DNA of 39,268 nt from a virus (IMGVR_UViG_3300037791_000039:1-39268); one strand, 5' to 3'; positions 18,294 to 27,406 are shown, counted from the first letter of the stretch. Numbers and translations are program-made. Notes: generated by a model not told the origin, from the sequence alone.

Positions 18294-18512
18294 ATGGCTA
18301 CGCAACCCCAAGGACACGACGAAGCAGAACTCTTCGACCACATCCGTGAACAGTTCAGCCCCGAAGCCGTCGCCGCCATCGCGGCCTGGCTCCAGCCCGC
18401 CAGCACGAACAACCCCGAGGTCGATCGCCAGATGCAATGGTTGATCGACAAGCTCATCGAGATGCTTGGGACCGAGCAATACAACGCACTGTGTGACGAC
18501 CTGGGCCTGTGA
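18294..18512 (+). CDS. Hypothetical acidic protein
   Basis: 72 aa; GGAG RBS. Confidence 0.7.
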   Translation: MATQPQGHDEAELFDHIREQFSPEAVAAIAAWLQPASTNNPEVDRQMQWLIDKLIEMLGTEQYNALCDDLGL

Positions 18513-18526
18513 GCCCGGGTCTTTTT
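18498..18526 (+). terminator. Intrinsic terminator
   Basis: GACCTGGGC-CTGTGA-GCCCGGGTC followed by TTTTT. Confidence 0.7.
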
Positions 18527-18554
18527 CTATACCCCCTCCGAAAGGAACTGCATC

Positions 18555-19193
18555 ATGAAGAAAGACCAAGTACAGATCGGCCAGACCTACAACGCGAAGA
18601 TCACCGACAAGGTAGTGCCCGTGCGCATCGACGCCGAGCACAAGAGCGGCGGCTGGCATGGCACCAACATGACCACCAACCGGAAGGTCCACATCAAGAC
18701 GGCCCAGAAGCTTCGCAGCAAATTCACGGCCGGCACCGAGAAGCCCACGGACCGGAAGCCTGCGAAAAAGAAGCTCTCCGCTGCCGAACGCAAGGCGATG
18801 CTGGCTCAGCACAAAGCCGACCAAGAGAACGCCCGGATGCGTGATGAACGCAAGACCAACGCCAAGGGCATGACCGCCAGCGAAGAGGCCATGGCTACCA
18901 GCGCTAAGACGAAGCGGACCAAGAAGCCCAAGGACGCTCCAGCGAAGGATAAGAAGCTCAGCCTGATCGCTGCCGCCGCCGAGGTCTTGGGAAAGAAGAA
19001 AGAGCCAATGACCACCAAGGAGATGGTGGACCATGTTGTCACCGCTGGGCTCTGGACCCCCGGCGCAGGCAAGACGCCCCACGCCACGCTCTACAGCGCC
19101 ATCCTCCGCGACCTGAAGTCCGAGTTCCCACGCTTCGAGAAGGTCAATCGCGGGCAATTCACCCTGGCCCCCGGAATGAAGAAGGGAGCGTGA
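18555..19193 (+). CDS. Basic protein with C-terminal HARE-HTH winged helix
   Basis: LSLIAAAAEVL...PMTTKEMV...GKTPHATLYSAILR...RFEKVNRGQF; AAGGA RBS. Confidence 0.8.
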   Translation: MKKDQVQIGQTYNAKITDKVVPVRIDAEHKSGGWHGTNMTTNRKVHIKTAQKLRSKFTAGTEKPTDRKPAKKKLSAAERKAMLAQHKADQENARMRDERKTNAKGMTASEEAMATSAKTKRTKKPKDAPAKDKKLSLIAAAAEVLGKKKEPMTTKEMVDHVVTAGLWTPGAGKTPHATLYSAILRDLKSEFPRFEKVNRGQFTLAPGMKKGA

Positions 19194-19196
19194 CCG

Positions 19197-19547
19197 ATGC
19201 CGACCCGAAGCAGAAACCGCATCGTCACCTTTGATGTCGTCGATGACCACCTGGAGATGAAGGTCGTCTTCCCCGACACCCCGGGCCGGGACTACGTGCA
19301 TCGCTGCACCCGGGACATCTTCCGCGAGGTCGCCTTCACGATCGAAGAGCATGCGGCGGGCGGGACCACGCTCGAAGAGCTGGTCGCCGCGATGGAAGCG
19401 CCCTTCACGCAGGTCAACGTCGCGCTGGCCTTCATGAAGGAACGCGGGTGCGTCGAGGTCCGAAGGCGACGGACGTACCCCGCCTCGGACGCGGTCTACG
19501 AAGACGCCATGATCGAGTTCATGTATCTGGCTGACGCGCCGTACTGA
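19197..19547 (+). CDS. Hypothetical winged-helix-like protein
   Basis: 116 aa; TLEELVAAMEAPFTQVNVALAFMKERGCV. Confidence 0.7.
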   Translation: MPTRSRNRIVTFDVVDDHLEMKVVFPDTPGRDYVHRCTRDIFREVAFTIEEHAAGGTTLEELVAAMEAPFTQVNVALAFMKERGCVEVRRRRTYPASDAVYEDAMIEFMYLADAPY

Positions 19548-19552
19548 TCGCA

Positions 19553-20932
19553 TCAAGCACCTGCTTCCTCTACCCCGGCGCTCGCTGGGGTTTTCTCAGT
19601 CACGGCCGCGATGCGCTCTGCCTTCTTGCCGGTGAATTGCTCCCAACGTTTCACGATGACATCGCAATAGGCCTGATCCAGTTCCATGAGGAACGCACGA
19701 CGGCCTGTCTGCTCGCAACCCATCAGCGTCGAGCCCGATCCACCGAAGAGGTCCAGCACGTTGTGTCCCGCCAGCGACGAGTACTCGATCGCCCGCTTGG
19801 CCAACTCGACGGGCTTCTCGGTGAGATGAACCATCGACTGCGGATTGACCTTTTTCACGTGCCAAAGATCGGTCGCGTTGTTCGGTCCGTAGAACTTGTG
19901 GCCCGCGCCTTCCTTCCATCCGTAGAACGCGATCTCGAACGCGCCCATGAAATCCTTCCGCGTCAAGACCGGGTGCTGCTTGTCCCACACGATCCCCTGG
20001 CTGAAGTACAGCCCGGCCCGTTTGAGCGGTGCGGGGTAGTTGCCGAGGTTGGCGTATCCGCCCCAGATGTAGAAAGACCCGCCGGGCACGAGCACGCGCG
20101 AGGCGTTGCCGAACCACGCATCGAGCATTTCATCAAACGCCTCATCAGTCACGAAGTCGTTGGCGAGCGGGCGATCCTTGGCTCGCATCTGTTTGTGCGT
20201 CGGCTTGGACTTCTCCGGGTGCCGGGCGAGATCAAGTTTCTGGTGATGCCCCCCGCCCCCGGAAGCTCCTTTCTTCTCCGCCTTGGCGAACGACGAGTTG
20301 CCCGCCGCGATCGCGTTGTTGCTGCGCGGCTCGACCTTCACGTTGTAAGGCGGATCGGTGTTCACGAGGTGGATGACCTCGCCGTCGAGCAGGCGATCCA
20401 AGTCCTGAGGCTTCGACGAGTCGCCGCACAGCAAACGGTGCTTGCCCAGCACCCAGAGGTCGCCGATCTGCGTGATCGGATCGTCGGGCGGCTCGGGGAT
20501 GTCATCCTCATCCGTCAGCCCCTCACCCGTCGCGTCGCCGCTGGCCAGCAGGCGGTTGAGTTCGTCCTCGGCAAAGCCGAGCAGGCCCAGCTCGTAGTTC
20601 ATCCCTTGCAGGTCCGCGAGTTCCATCGGCAAGAGGTCGTAGTCCCACTCGGCCAATGTCGCCGTCTGGTTGTCCGCGATACGGTACGCCTTGATCTGCT
20701 CGGCCGAGAGGTCCGTCGCCACATGCACCGGCACCTTGGCCAAACCCATCTGCTTCGCCGCCTTCCATCGCGTGTGTCCGACGACGATTACGTGCTCAGC
20801 ATCCACAACAATGGGCTGGCGGAAACCGAACTCGTTCAGCGAACGCGCTACCGCTTCCACAGCGGGGTCGTTCAGGCGTGGGTTGCGGTCGTAAGGTTTA
20901 ACGTCATCGATGGGGGTCAGGGTGATCTTCAT
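19553..20932 (-). CDS. ParB-N domain fused to a beta-class N6/N4 DNA methyltransferase
   Basis: N-terminal PYDRNPR...FGFRQPIVVD...GHTR...RIADN; catalytic DPPY precedes DLFGGSGST. Confidence 0.93.
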   Translation of the reverse strand: MKITLTPIDDVKPYDRNPRLNDPAVEAVARSLNEFGFRQPIVVDAEHVIVVGHTRWKAAKQMGLAKVPVHVATDLSAEQIKAYRIADNQTATLAEWDYDLLPMELADLQGMNYELGLLGFAEDELNRLLASGDATGEGLTDEDDIPEPPDDPITQIGDLWVLGKHRLLCGDSSKPQDLDRLLDGEVIHLVNTDPPYNVKVEPRSNNAIAAGNSSFAKAEKKGASGGGGHHQKLDLARHPEKSKPTHKQMRAKDRPLANDFVTDEAFDEMLDAWFGNASRVLVPGGSFYIWGGYANLGNYPAPLKRAGLYFSQGIVWDKQHPVLTRKDFMGAFEIAFYGWKEGAGHKFYGPNNATDLWHVKKVNPQSMVHLTEKPVELAKRAIEYSSLAGHNVLDLFGGSGSTLMGCEQTGRRAFLMELDQAYCDVIVKRWEQFTGKKAERIAAVTEKTPASAGVEEAGA

Positions 20933-21202
20933 GGTTTTGTTCCTAGGGGTTTGATATTCCGGGGGTGGTGTTTTTCATCTGCAACCAACTCAAACAATCA
21001 CGGCGTCCGTTCCCGCTGCCATGGGTAGAGGTCGTAACCCCGCCAAGTACCTAATGCCTCGCCTCGCGGGATCGGCAGGCAGGCCCGTTGGCCACGGGTT
21101 GGCCCACGTTGGGCCGTGTTGCGTTGGTGGGGATAGGTCGGGGCGTTGTCGCCATCGCGTGGTGGCCGCAATACGGGCGAGATTCGGATGACGTACAGCG
21201 CG

Positions 21203-21343
21203 GTCCCTAGTAGTCCCTGGCAATCCCTAGGGACTTGGCATTGCGTGCTCGTACGTGTCGCGCGTGCGCGTGTGCGCGCGCCTGCGCACCCGCGTAGATG
21301 CAGTGGGTAGTCCCTAGGGACTGCTAGGGACTGCCAGGGACTA
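21203..21343. repeat. Putative replication origin: inverted arrays of 10-bp-period iterons
   Basis: GTCCCTAG/GTCCCTGG/ATCCCTAG at 21203, 21213, 21223; reverse copies at 21314, 21324, 21334; directly downstream of the primase-helicase gene. Confidence 0.75.
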
Positions 21344-21377
21344 GACCCGTCCGGCGTGTACGCCACAAAGCCTGTGA

Positions 21378-23846
21378 TCATTCCTCGCATGAGCCCCCCT
21401 TGATCGCAATACCCTCGTAGAAATAGCCCAGATGCTTGTTGCGGCGGCGATGCAGGCCGGGCACGGCGGCGACGAGGTCGCGGCCGAACACCGCCTTGGT
21501 CGCCGGGGTGTGCCAGCCCTCGCCCTCGATGTACGCCTTGTACGCGTCGTACATGTCGTTGACGTACGTGCGCGCCCCCGGAACTTGCTCGCAGCAATCT
21601 CGTACGAATGCGCCGACGGGAGACGACAGGTCCTCGAGCTCGCGGATCGCATCTTCTGCCGCTGCTGGCTGGATGAAGTGACCCCGCTCACGCAGGCGCT
21701 TCCATCCGTCGATTGCCCAATTCAGGATGCCCGGCAGGTCGGCGAGGAGTTTCTCGGTGAGGTTCTTGTCCTCATTACCATAGAAGGACTTGGTCATCTG
21801 CAGGATCAGGAAGCGCCCGGTCAACGCGTTGCTGGCGTCGCCGAAGCGAGGCAGCTCGTTGGTCATGAACATGAACCGCGTCGGCAGCTTCATCGTCACC
21901 GAGGTCTTGTGCTTGCGGTCGATCGTCAGGGCGTCTTCGCCCGAGATGCACAGCAAACGCTCGACGACGGTCTGGATGTTGTCACCAGAAAAGCGCGCGT
22001 CCGAGACGACGGCCAATGACTTACCGATCAAGGGCTGAAGGCCGAAATTGCCCGCCAAGCCCGAGGTCGTCGGCCCGCAGACGTTGCCTTCGCCGATGAG
22101 CTTGCCAATGACCCGGCCGATCGTGCCCTTGCCAGAGCGCCTTGGCCCCACCATCAGCATCATCTTCTGTTGGCTCGTATCGCTGACCAAGCAGTAGCCC
22201 ATCCACTCCTGGAGCAGGCGGACGCTGTCATCGTCCTCGCCAAAGACCTGCTCGAGGAACTTGAACCACGCCTCGGGCATGGTCTCGATAGGGTCCGGGT
22301 CGTAGTCCAGCGCGTTGACGCTGAAGAAGCGCGGCGTTGAAGGGTATTCCTTGCCAGTGGGCAGGTGCAGCAGCTTGCTCTTGCACGGCAGCAGCTCGTC
22401 CGGCGGTGCGAGCGCGGTGCCCGACAGCCATGACGGCGTTGGCGTGGTCGCTTCGAGATAGGCGTGGTTACAGACGGTATCGAAGGCCTGCTTGACCGTG
22501 CCGGGGTTGGCGTCGAAGTCCACCAAGATCATCTCTTGAGTGCTGCGGTCAACGATGTACTTCAGTGCGTCATGAAGCCACGGCTGGATCTGGTTGCGGA
22601 TGGCGGCATCTTCAACTTCGATGAATCGCCCGTCCCGCCAGACCATGATCATCCCGGCGAAGAAGTACAGCTTCTGCCCATCGGGGTGCGTGTAGAAGTC
22701 GCGGATGAAGGCTTCTGCAGTCGGCTGGGTGCGCTTGGCCGAGAGCACGACCCGCCCGGTCTCAGGCTCTCGCTCGCCCAATGCGATCAGCCCGCTGTTG
22801 TCCTGACCGTCCTTGCCGGGATCGCCCGTGCCGCTCTCGCCAGACAAGATGCCCGACGCCTGGGGTTGGGACCGTTGGGGCTTTCTAGGTTTCCGGGGCT
22901 GGTACTGCTTGGTCACCTTGGACAGCGCCTTATCGATCGTCATCTGCCCGTAAGTCTGCTCGCCGTGTTTTTGATCCCATTTGGGTCGCCACAACTTGCT
23001 GCCCCGAAACAGGCGGTCGAGTTGGGTTGGGTCTTTGGTATAGAAGGTCAAGGTGAAGACGACGGATGAGTCGGCTTCGCTCTGCGAGTTGAAGTGCGCG
23101 TTCCAGTCGCCGGCGTCATAGAGCGAGGCGAACTTCTGCCCGGTGCGACGCTGGCCTCGGGCCAGATCAAGGATGTCTTCGTCGGACAAGAGCGGTGCGG
23201 GGCCACTATTAGTCGGAGACACCGGTACGGGTTCAGGCTGTTCGGGCTCAAACACCTCTGCATAGAGCGCGTTGAGTTGCTCCTGGCGTTCCTCCACTTC
23301 CGCGGGCGTGCCCGTCCAGCGCCGGCCCGTCACGGTGAAATAGCGACCCTGGTCGTAGATTTCTATCTCGCCATCATCGATGCTAGTGCGGCACCGCTTG
23401 CCGGGCTTGGTGGCGCGGAGAAAGATCTTCACGCCGGTGCCCGATGGGCTGATCTCGGTGTAGCTGTCGAGAGTACGCACGATCCGTTCGGCCCAGGGCT
23501 TGAGCGCCCCGGAAGTTGGGTCGATGGCGTTGTCCAGATCGACACCACAAAACCCGTCGCCCTCGGCGAACACAAAGCCGGGCCCCGAAAGCGTGGCGTC
23601 CCCACCGATGGCATGGACCACCTCGGTAAGGGACGACCACGTGCGGCGGTCGGTGCTGCTCGCCTCTCGTCCTGACCTAGCGTCGAAGGGAATCTTTGTG
23701 GGCTTGCCGTTGCGTGTTTGATAGCGCCAGCAAACCCAATGATCACGCTGCTTTAATGCCTCGGGCACCTGAGCAAGATCGTGACTGACTGCGGGCAGGT
23801 TGTCGTTGCTTTGAACGTCGCGTTGATTCATCTGGCCGTTTTCCAT
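21378..23846 (-). CDS. Primase-polymerase fused to a P4/D5-family SF3 helicase
   Basis: GVDLD, YTEISPSGTG and EIYDQGRYFTVTG in the N-terminus; Walker A GPRRSGKGT; FMTNELP. Confidence 0.92.
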   Translation of the reverse strand: MENGQMNQRDVQSNDNLPAVSHDLAQVPEALKQRDHWVCWRYQTRNGKPTKIPFDARSGREASSTDRRTWSSLTEVVHAIGGDATLSGPGFVFAEGDGFCGVDLDNAIDPTSGALKPWAERIVRTLDSYTEISPSGTGVKIFLRATKPGKRCRTSIDDGEIEIYDQGRYFTVTGRRWTGTPAEVEERQEQLNALYAEVFEPEQPEPVPVSPTNSGPAPLLSDEDILDLARGQRRTGQKFASLYDAGDWNAHFNSQSEADSSVVFTLTFYTKDPTQLDRLFRGSKLWRPKWDQKHGEQTYGQMTIDKALSKVTKQYQPRKPRKPQRSQPQASGILSGESGTGDPGKDGQDNSGLIALGEREPETGRVVLSAKRTQPTAEAFIRDFYTHPDGQKLYFFAGMIMVWRDGRFIEVEDAAIRNQIQPWLHDALKYIVDRSTQEMILVDFDANPGTVKQAFDTVCNHAYLEATTPTPSWLSGTALAPPDELLPCKSKLLHLPTGKEYPSTPRFFSVNALDYDPDPIETMPEAWFKFLEQVFGEDDDSVRLLQEWMGYCLVSDTSQQKMMLMVGPRRSGKGTIGRVIGKLIGEGNVCGPTTSGLAGNFGLQPLIGKSLAVVSDARFSGDNIQTVVERLLCISGEDALTIDRKHKTSVTMKLPTRFMFMTNELPRFGDASNALTGRFLILQMTKSFYGNEDKNLTEKLLADLPGILNWAIDGWKRLRERGHFIQPAAAEDAIRELEDLSSPVGAFVRDCCEQVPGARTYVNDMYDAYKAYIEGEGWHTPATKAVFGRDLVAAVPGLHRRRNKHLGYFYEGIAIKGGSCEE

Positions 23847-23861
23847 GTACGGCGAACTCCG

Positions 23862-24167
23862 CTAGGTGGCGATGGCGAGTGGCTCGCGGTCTCTGGTGCT
23901 CGGCAATGCCGAGATCATGAAGGCTGTCGAGCCGAATTCCTTGATTGCGAACGAAGTGAAGATTCGAACGACCGTCTCGCTGATCTCGTCGCCGCCGTTG
24001 ATCAGCAGGCTGTGCCCGGGATCGTCACGGTGGTATGAAAAGTTCACGCGTAGTAGCGCCTCGCTGAAGAGACCCTCCGCCGCGAGGATCGCGAGGTGTA
24101 GGGTCGATTCGGCTTCATCAAGTTCGGTCGCGTCATCAAATCGAAAGTGGTAAGTAGTGGTATGCAT
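23862..24167 (-). CDS. Hypothetical protein
   Basis: 101 aa; AAGGGA RBS; first gene of the replication operon. Confidence 0.75.
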   Translation of the reverse strand: MHTTTYHFRFDDATELDEAESTLHLAILAAEGLFSEALLRVNFSYHRDDPGHSLLINGGDEISETVVRIFTSFAIKEFGSTAFMISALPSTRDREPLAIAT

Positions 24168-24226
24168 GGTGATGGTTCCCTTGGCGCTGCCCCCGCCCTC
24201 AGGGATTGAGGGGAGGACGGGGGCGG

Positions 24227-24245
24227 CCTACGGATTACCTATGCC
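24227..24245 (-). promoter_or_regulatory. 19-bp leader motif GGCATAGGTAATCCGTAGG upstream of the replication operon
   Basis: 17/19 identical to 14881-14899; 15 bp after the stop of the sigma-like gene. Confidence 0.6.
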
Positions 24246-24259
24246 TTGAGCGGCGACGA

Positions 24260-24847
24260 TCACCGGCCTTCTGGGCCAAGACCTGCATCGCTAAAGTTCT
24301 CACGCAGGTCGATGAGCCGGCGTCGCACCGTGGAGGGCGAGATGTCCCGCTGCTTCGCGGCGCTCGCAACACCCGAGTCCACGACATCTGCCAGCAGCGC
24401 CTGCTGCTCGGGCGACAGCTTCTTGATGGCGTGCGCGATCGCCTCGCGGACTTCTAAGCGGTCGCTCTCGGACTCGGGAGCACGGCCGAGGCGACGCAGT
24501 AGATCAGCCTCGCCCAAAACCGAGCCCATCGGGACACGATCACCGTCATGCTCGATCATGGTGGAGTCGAGCGAGATGTTGCGGTGCGCGAGGCGGCGCT
24601 TCTCGCGACCGCGATGACGAAGCTCCATCGCGACCCAAGTGTTGACAAGGTTGGTGATGAAGGCCTCGATGTTTCCCCGGTCGGGGTCATACAGCGGTGC
24701 TTTCTCGACGAGGTAGGCCCACATCGACTGTTGCAGGTCTTCAACCTGGCACCGAGTAAAGTCGGTGCGCCGGCAAAGCTGCTTGGCCTTGATGCGGATA
24801 AGGGTTGTGGCGTACGGGTGAGAAACGACGGGGTGGCTTGAAGCCAT
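24260..24847 (-). CDS. ECF-like sigma-70 family factor
   Basis: Region 2-like EDLQQ...YDPDRG...FI; region 4-like IKKLSPEQQ plus HTH; GGAG RBS. Confidence 0.8.
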   Translation of the reverse strand: MASSHPVVSHPYATTLIRIKAKQLCRRTDFTRCQVEDLQQSMWAYLVEKAPLYDPDRGNIEAFITNLVNTWVAMELRHRGREKRRLAHRNISLDSTMIEHDGDRVPMGSVLGEADLLRRLGRAPESESDRLEVREAIAHAIKKLSPEQQALLADVVDSGVASAAKQRDISPSTVRRRLIDLRENFSDAGLGPEGR

Positions 24848-25032
24848 GGGAAACTCCCGCCGGAGGAGTTCCCGTTCACCGAATCAAGACGCGCGTATTA
24901 CAACTGTGCTGCGGACACATGTCGCAGATCGAATCACAGTCGCGTCAGGCGACAAACGGGGAGTGCCTCTCGGCACCCCGTCTGCGCCACAACTCGTGTG
25001 TCTTTGCTACAAACCATGTGTCTTCTAAAAAA

Positions 25033-26238
25033 TCAGTCCAGAATCCACTCGATTTCTTTCTCGGGGGCATATTTCATAGTGCCGCCCGTGCTCAGATGTG
25101 CGTCCAGATGATCTGCGAGCATTGGGAGGTGCTTCCTGATCTCTTTCTTGCCGCGAGTGATGGCCGTTGACACGGACTTGCGCACCCGATCTGCGTCGGA
25201 GGCTTCGCGGGCATCGCCGCGCAGATTGAAAAGCTTCGCCATCTCCACGGTGAGATCATTCAGGTCGGATTGAAGGGCAATCTTCCTGCCCTCGTCGTTC
25301 ATCTCTTCTGCTTCATTCAGCTCTTCGCTTAAATCGCTGTATTGCTCCCGCATCTTCGCGCGACCCTCATCATCGATGGTCTCACCAGACGTACCCGACG
25401 CGTAGAGCGGATTGATCCCCGCCTCTGTTGCGAGCAAATCGACCGTCCGCAACATCCGATTCGGCTCCCGCAGAATCCTTGCGATATACCGCAGGCCAAT
25501 GGTGTTTTTGAGGTGCTTGATTTCGCTTCCGTCGAACGCGATCTCCCAGAATTCGCCTTTGCACCGGAACATGTAGTCCGGCGTGAGATCTCCTTGAAGA
25601 TGCCGGCGCATAGCGATGTCGAGCACTCTAAGATCAACGCCGATCACTGCGTCGATGTGGGTATGGCATGAAGCCAGTGGATAAACACGCGGAGGCATCT
25701 GCCCCCAGGCGTCTTCGGGCGGTGCCGCGCTTGGCACAAAAACAATCGGCGGCACAACCGATGCAGGTAGCGCGGTGATGACCGAGGATGCGTCATTGCG
25801 CTCCAGGCCGCGTGCGAGATAGACCTCGGCCCGAACACCCCGGAATTCGTGCAGGCCAAGCATGATCAACCTGTCGTTGCTCACGGACTTCACCTCGCCT
25901 GTAAGACCAGCCGACACCGCGATCGCTCTGGCCAAGGCGAGCACATCTAGCTTCCACTGCTGGCGATCACGGTCATCCACCTCCACACGCATCTCACGCG
26001 GGCAGCGGATGAAATACTGGGTCGTCCCATCCTTGCGGGTTTTGGTGATGACCCTCTCGATGTGAGGCGTGACGCAAGCCGGGCAAGGTATCCGCTCCGA
26101 ATACCCTACAGGCTTAGCAAGCCCCGTCGATTGCAAGACATGCCTCGTCGCAGCTGGCAGACGCAGCCAACCTGTGGGGGTCAGAATGGTGTCGGCTGAT
26201 TCAAACAGCTGCCATATAGGGTTGAGCGCATTAGTCAT
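25033..26238 (-). CDS. Hypothetical regulator: N-terminal Zn-ribbon-like region, C-terminal putative DNA-binding helical domain
   Basis: CPAC...CP near the N-terminus; GLRYIARILREP...RVRKSVSTAITR...LSTG at the C-terminus; ATG 26238 overlaps the upstream gene. Confidence 0.65.
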   Translation of the reverse strand: MTNALNPIWQLFESADTILTPTGWLRLPAATRHVLQSTGLAKPVGYSERIPCPACVTPHIERVITKTRKDGTTQYFIRCPREMRVEVDDRDRQQWKLDVLALARAIAVSAGLTGEVKSVSNDRLIMLGLHEFRGVRAEVYLARGLERNDASSVITALPASVVPPIVFVPSAAPPEDAWGQMPPRVYPLASCHTHIDAVIGVDLRVLDIAMRRHLQGDLTPDYMFRCKGEFWEIAFDGSEIKHLKNTIGLRYIARILREPNRMLRTVDLLATEAGINPLYASGTSGETIDDEGRAKMREQYSDLSEELNEAEEMNDEGRKIALQSDLNDLTVEMAKLFNLRGDAREASDADRVRKSVSTAITRGKKEIRKHLPMLADHLDAHLSTGGTMKYAPEKEIEWILD

Positions 26239-27406
26239 GGTCCACCCCCAGGTGCTTGAGAAGCTCTTCGCCCAGCACACGCAGGTTCTCATCGTCTTGG
26301 CTCTTGAGGTTGCAAGCCCGCGGGGTCACACGAATCGTCTGACGCCGGCCCCGGCGATCCCCCTCGCTGACGCACTGCATGTAAATCACAAACTCTTCCA
26401 CCGTCACCTGCGACCGATCGAGGTCCAGGCTCTTGAGCGCCCGGTCGAGTTGCTCCATCGCTGAGGCCCAGGTGGTCCCAATGCGGAAGCGAAACACCAA
26501 CCCCTCGACCGGGACCTCGGTCACCGGGAACACCATTAGCCGCTTCAGTTGCAGGAGGGCGATCTGCGGATCGTTGGCCGTCAATGAATAGCCGTCTTCG
26601 AGCACGTGGTTCAGATCGAAAGCCGCACGGTCGGGAGGCATCTGATCGACATCCGTCTGGGTCATCGCGCGGTAGAAACGCTTGCGCAGATCGGCCTGAA
26701 CCTTCTGCCCACCTGCCGCGATCATTTCCAGCACGCCCGTTGCTGGCGTGTAGACGAACATGATCGTGAAGGCCGTTGGGACATCCAGTGCTTCAAGCTC
26801 GTCGTCGTTGAAGACCATGAAGTTGTCGGGCCAGTCGGGCAGGTACGCGAAAAAATACTCCGCACCGTTCTGGCGGCTGTAGTGGTGGATTTCGCAAAGA
26901 TCACCGCGGAACTGATCGGCGTGGTGGTCGATGATCTCCTGCTTGAGCGCCTCGATCCGTTCGTCATTGATAATGAAGGGGCTTGTCGCGACGGTGGGCC
27001 ACTTGTGCCAGTGCCGACGCTGGGACAGTTCGTCTGCACGCGCGAAGACGATCGCCTCCTCAAACACCTCGGGGGCATTGAGGTAAGTCCAGACGACCTT
27101 GTTCATCCGCGATTTCTGCTTGCCCCAATCATCGACAAGTTCAGCGTCATACTGCCATAGCTCTTCGCGCAGCACATTCAGCCCGCAGGTCGAGGAGAAT
27201 GTCTTGCAGGTTCGAAGCAGGCGATTGATGTCGCGTTTCTTGTCGTTGCCGAGTTCCTGCAACTTGTCGAACAGCGCATCGACGCGCTTCTGCTTCTTGT
27301 CCTGAGCCCAATTGAAGTCTTGCAGCAGGGGCAAGTCTTCAAGCAGTTGCTTGCGCAGGGGTGGGCCGATCTGTCGGAGGGTTGCTTTCAAATCAAACTG
27401 GCTCAT
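26231..27406 (-). CDS. Hypothetical protein (391 aa)
   Basis: Long ORF with AAGGAG RBS; family not recognised. Confidence 0.8.
   Translation of the reverse strand: MSQFDLKATLRQIGPPLRKQLLEDLPLLQDFNWAQDKKQKRVDALFDKLQELGNDKKRDINRLLRTCKTFSSTCGLNVLREELWQYDAELVDDWGKQKSRMNKVVWTYLNAPEVFEEAIVFARADELSQRRHWHKWPTVATSPFIINDERIEALKQEIIDHHADQFRGDLCEIHHYSRQNGAEYFFAYLPDWPDNFMVFNDDELEALDVPTAFTIMFVYTPATGVLEMIAAGGQKVQADLRKRFYRAMTQTDVDQMPPDRAAFDLNHVLEDGYSLTANDPQIALLQLKRLMVFPVTEVPVEGLVFRFRIGTTWASAMEQLDRALKSLDLDRSQVTVEEFVIYMQCVSEGDRRGRRQTIRVTPRACNLKSQDDENLRVLGEELLKHLGVDHD

Noticed and set aside
17679-19556. 625-aa minus-strand ORF
   Set aside because: Antisense shadow of five plus-strand genes that have RBSs and recognisable domains.
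19637-21028. 463-aa plus-strand ORF, and similar long antisense ORFs (11085-12275, 3300-4316)
   Set aside because: Antisense to well-supported genes; expected in high-GC DNA with strong codon bias.
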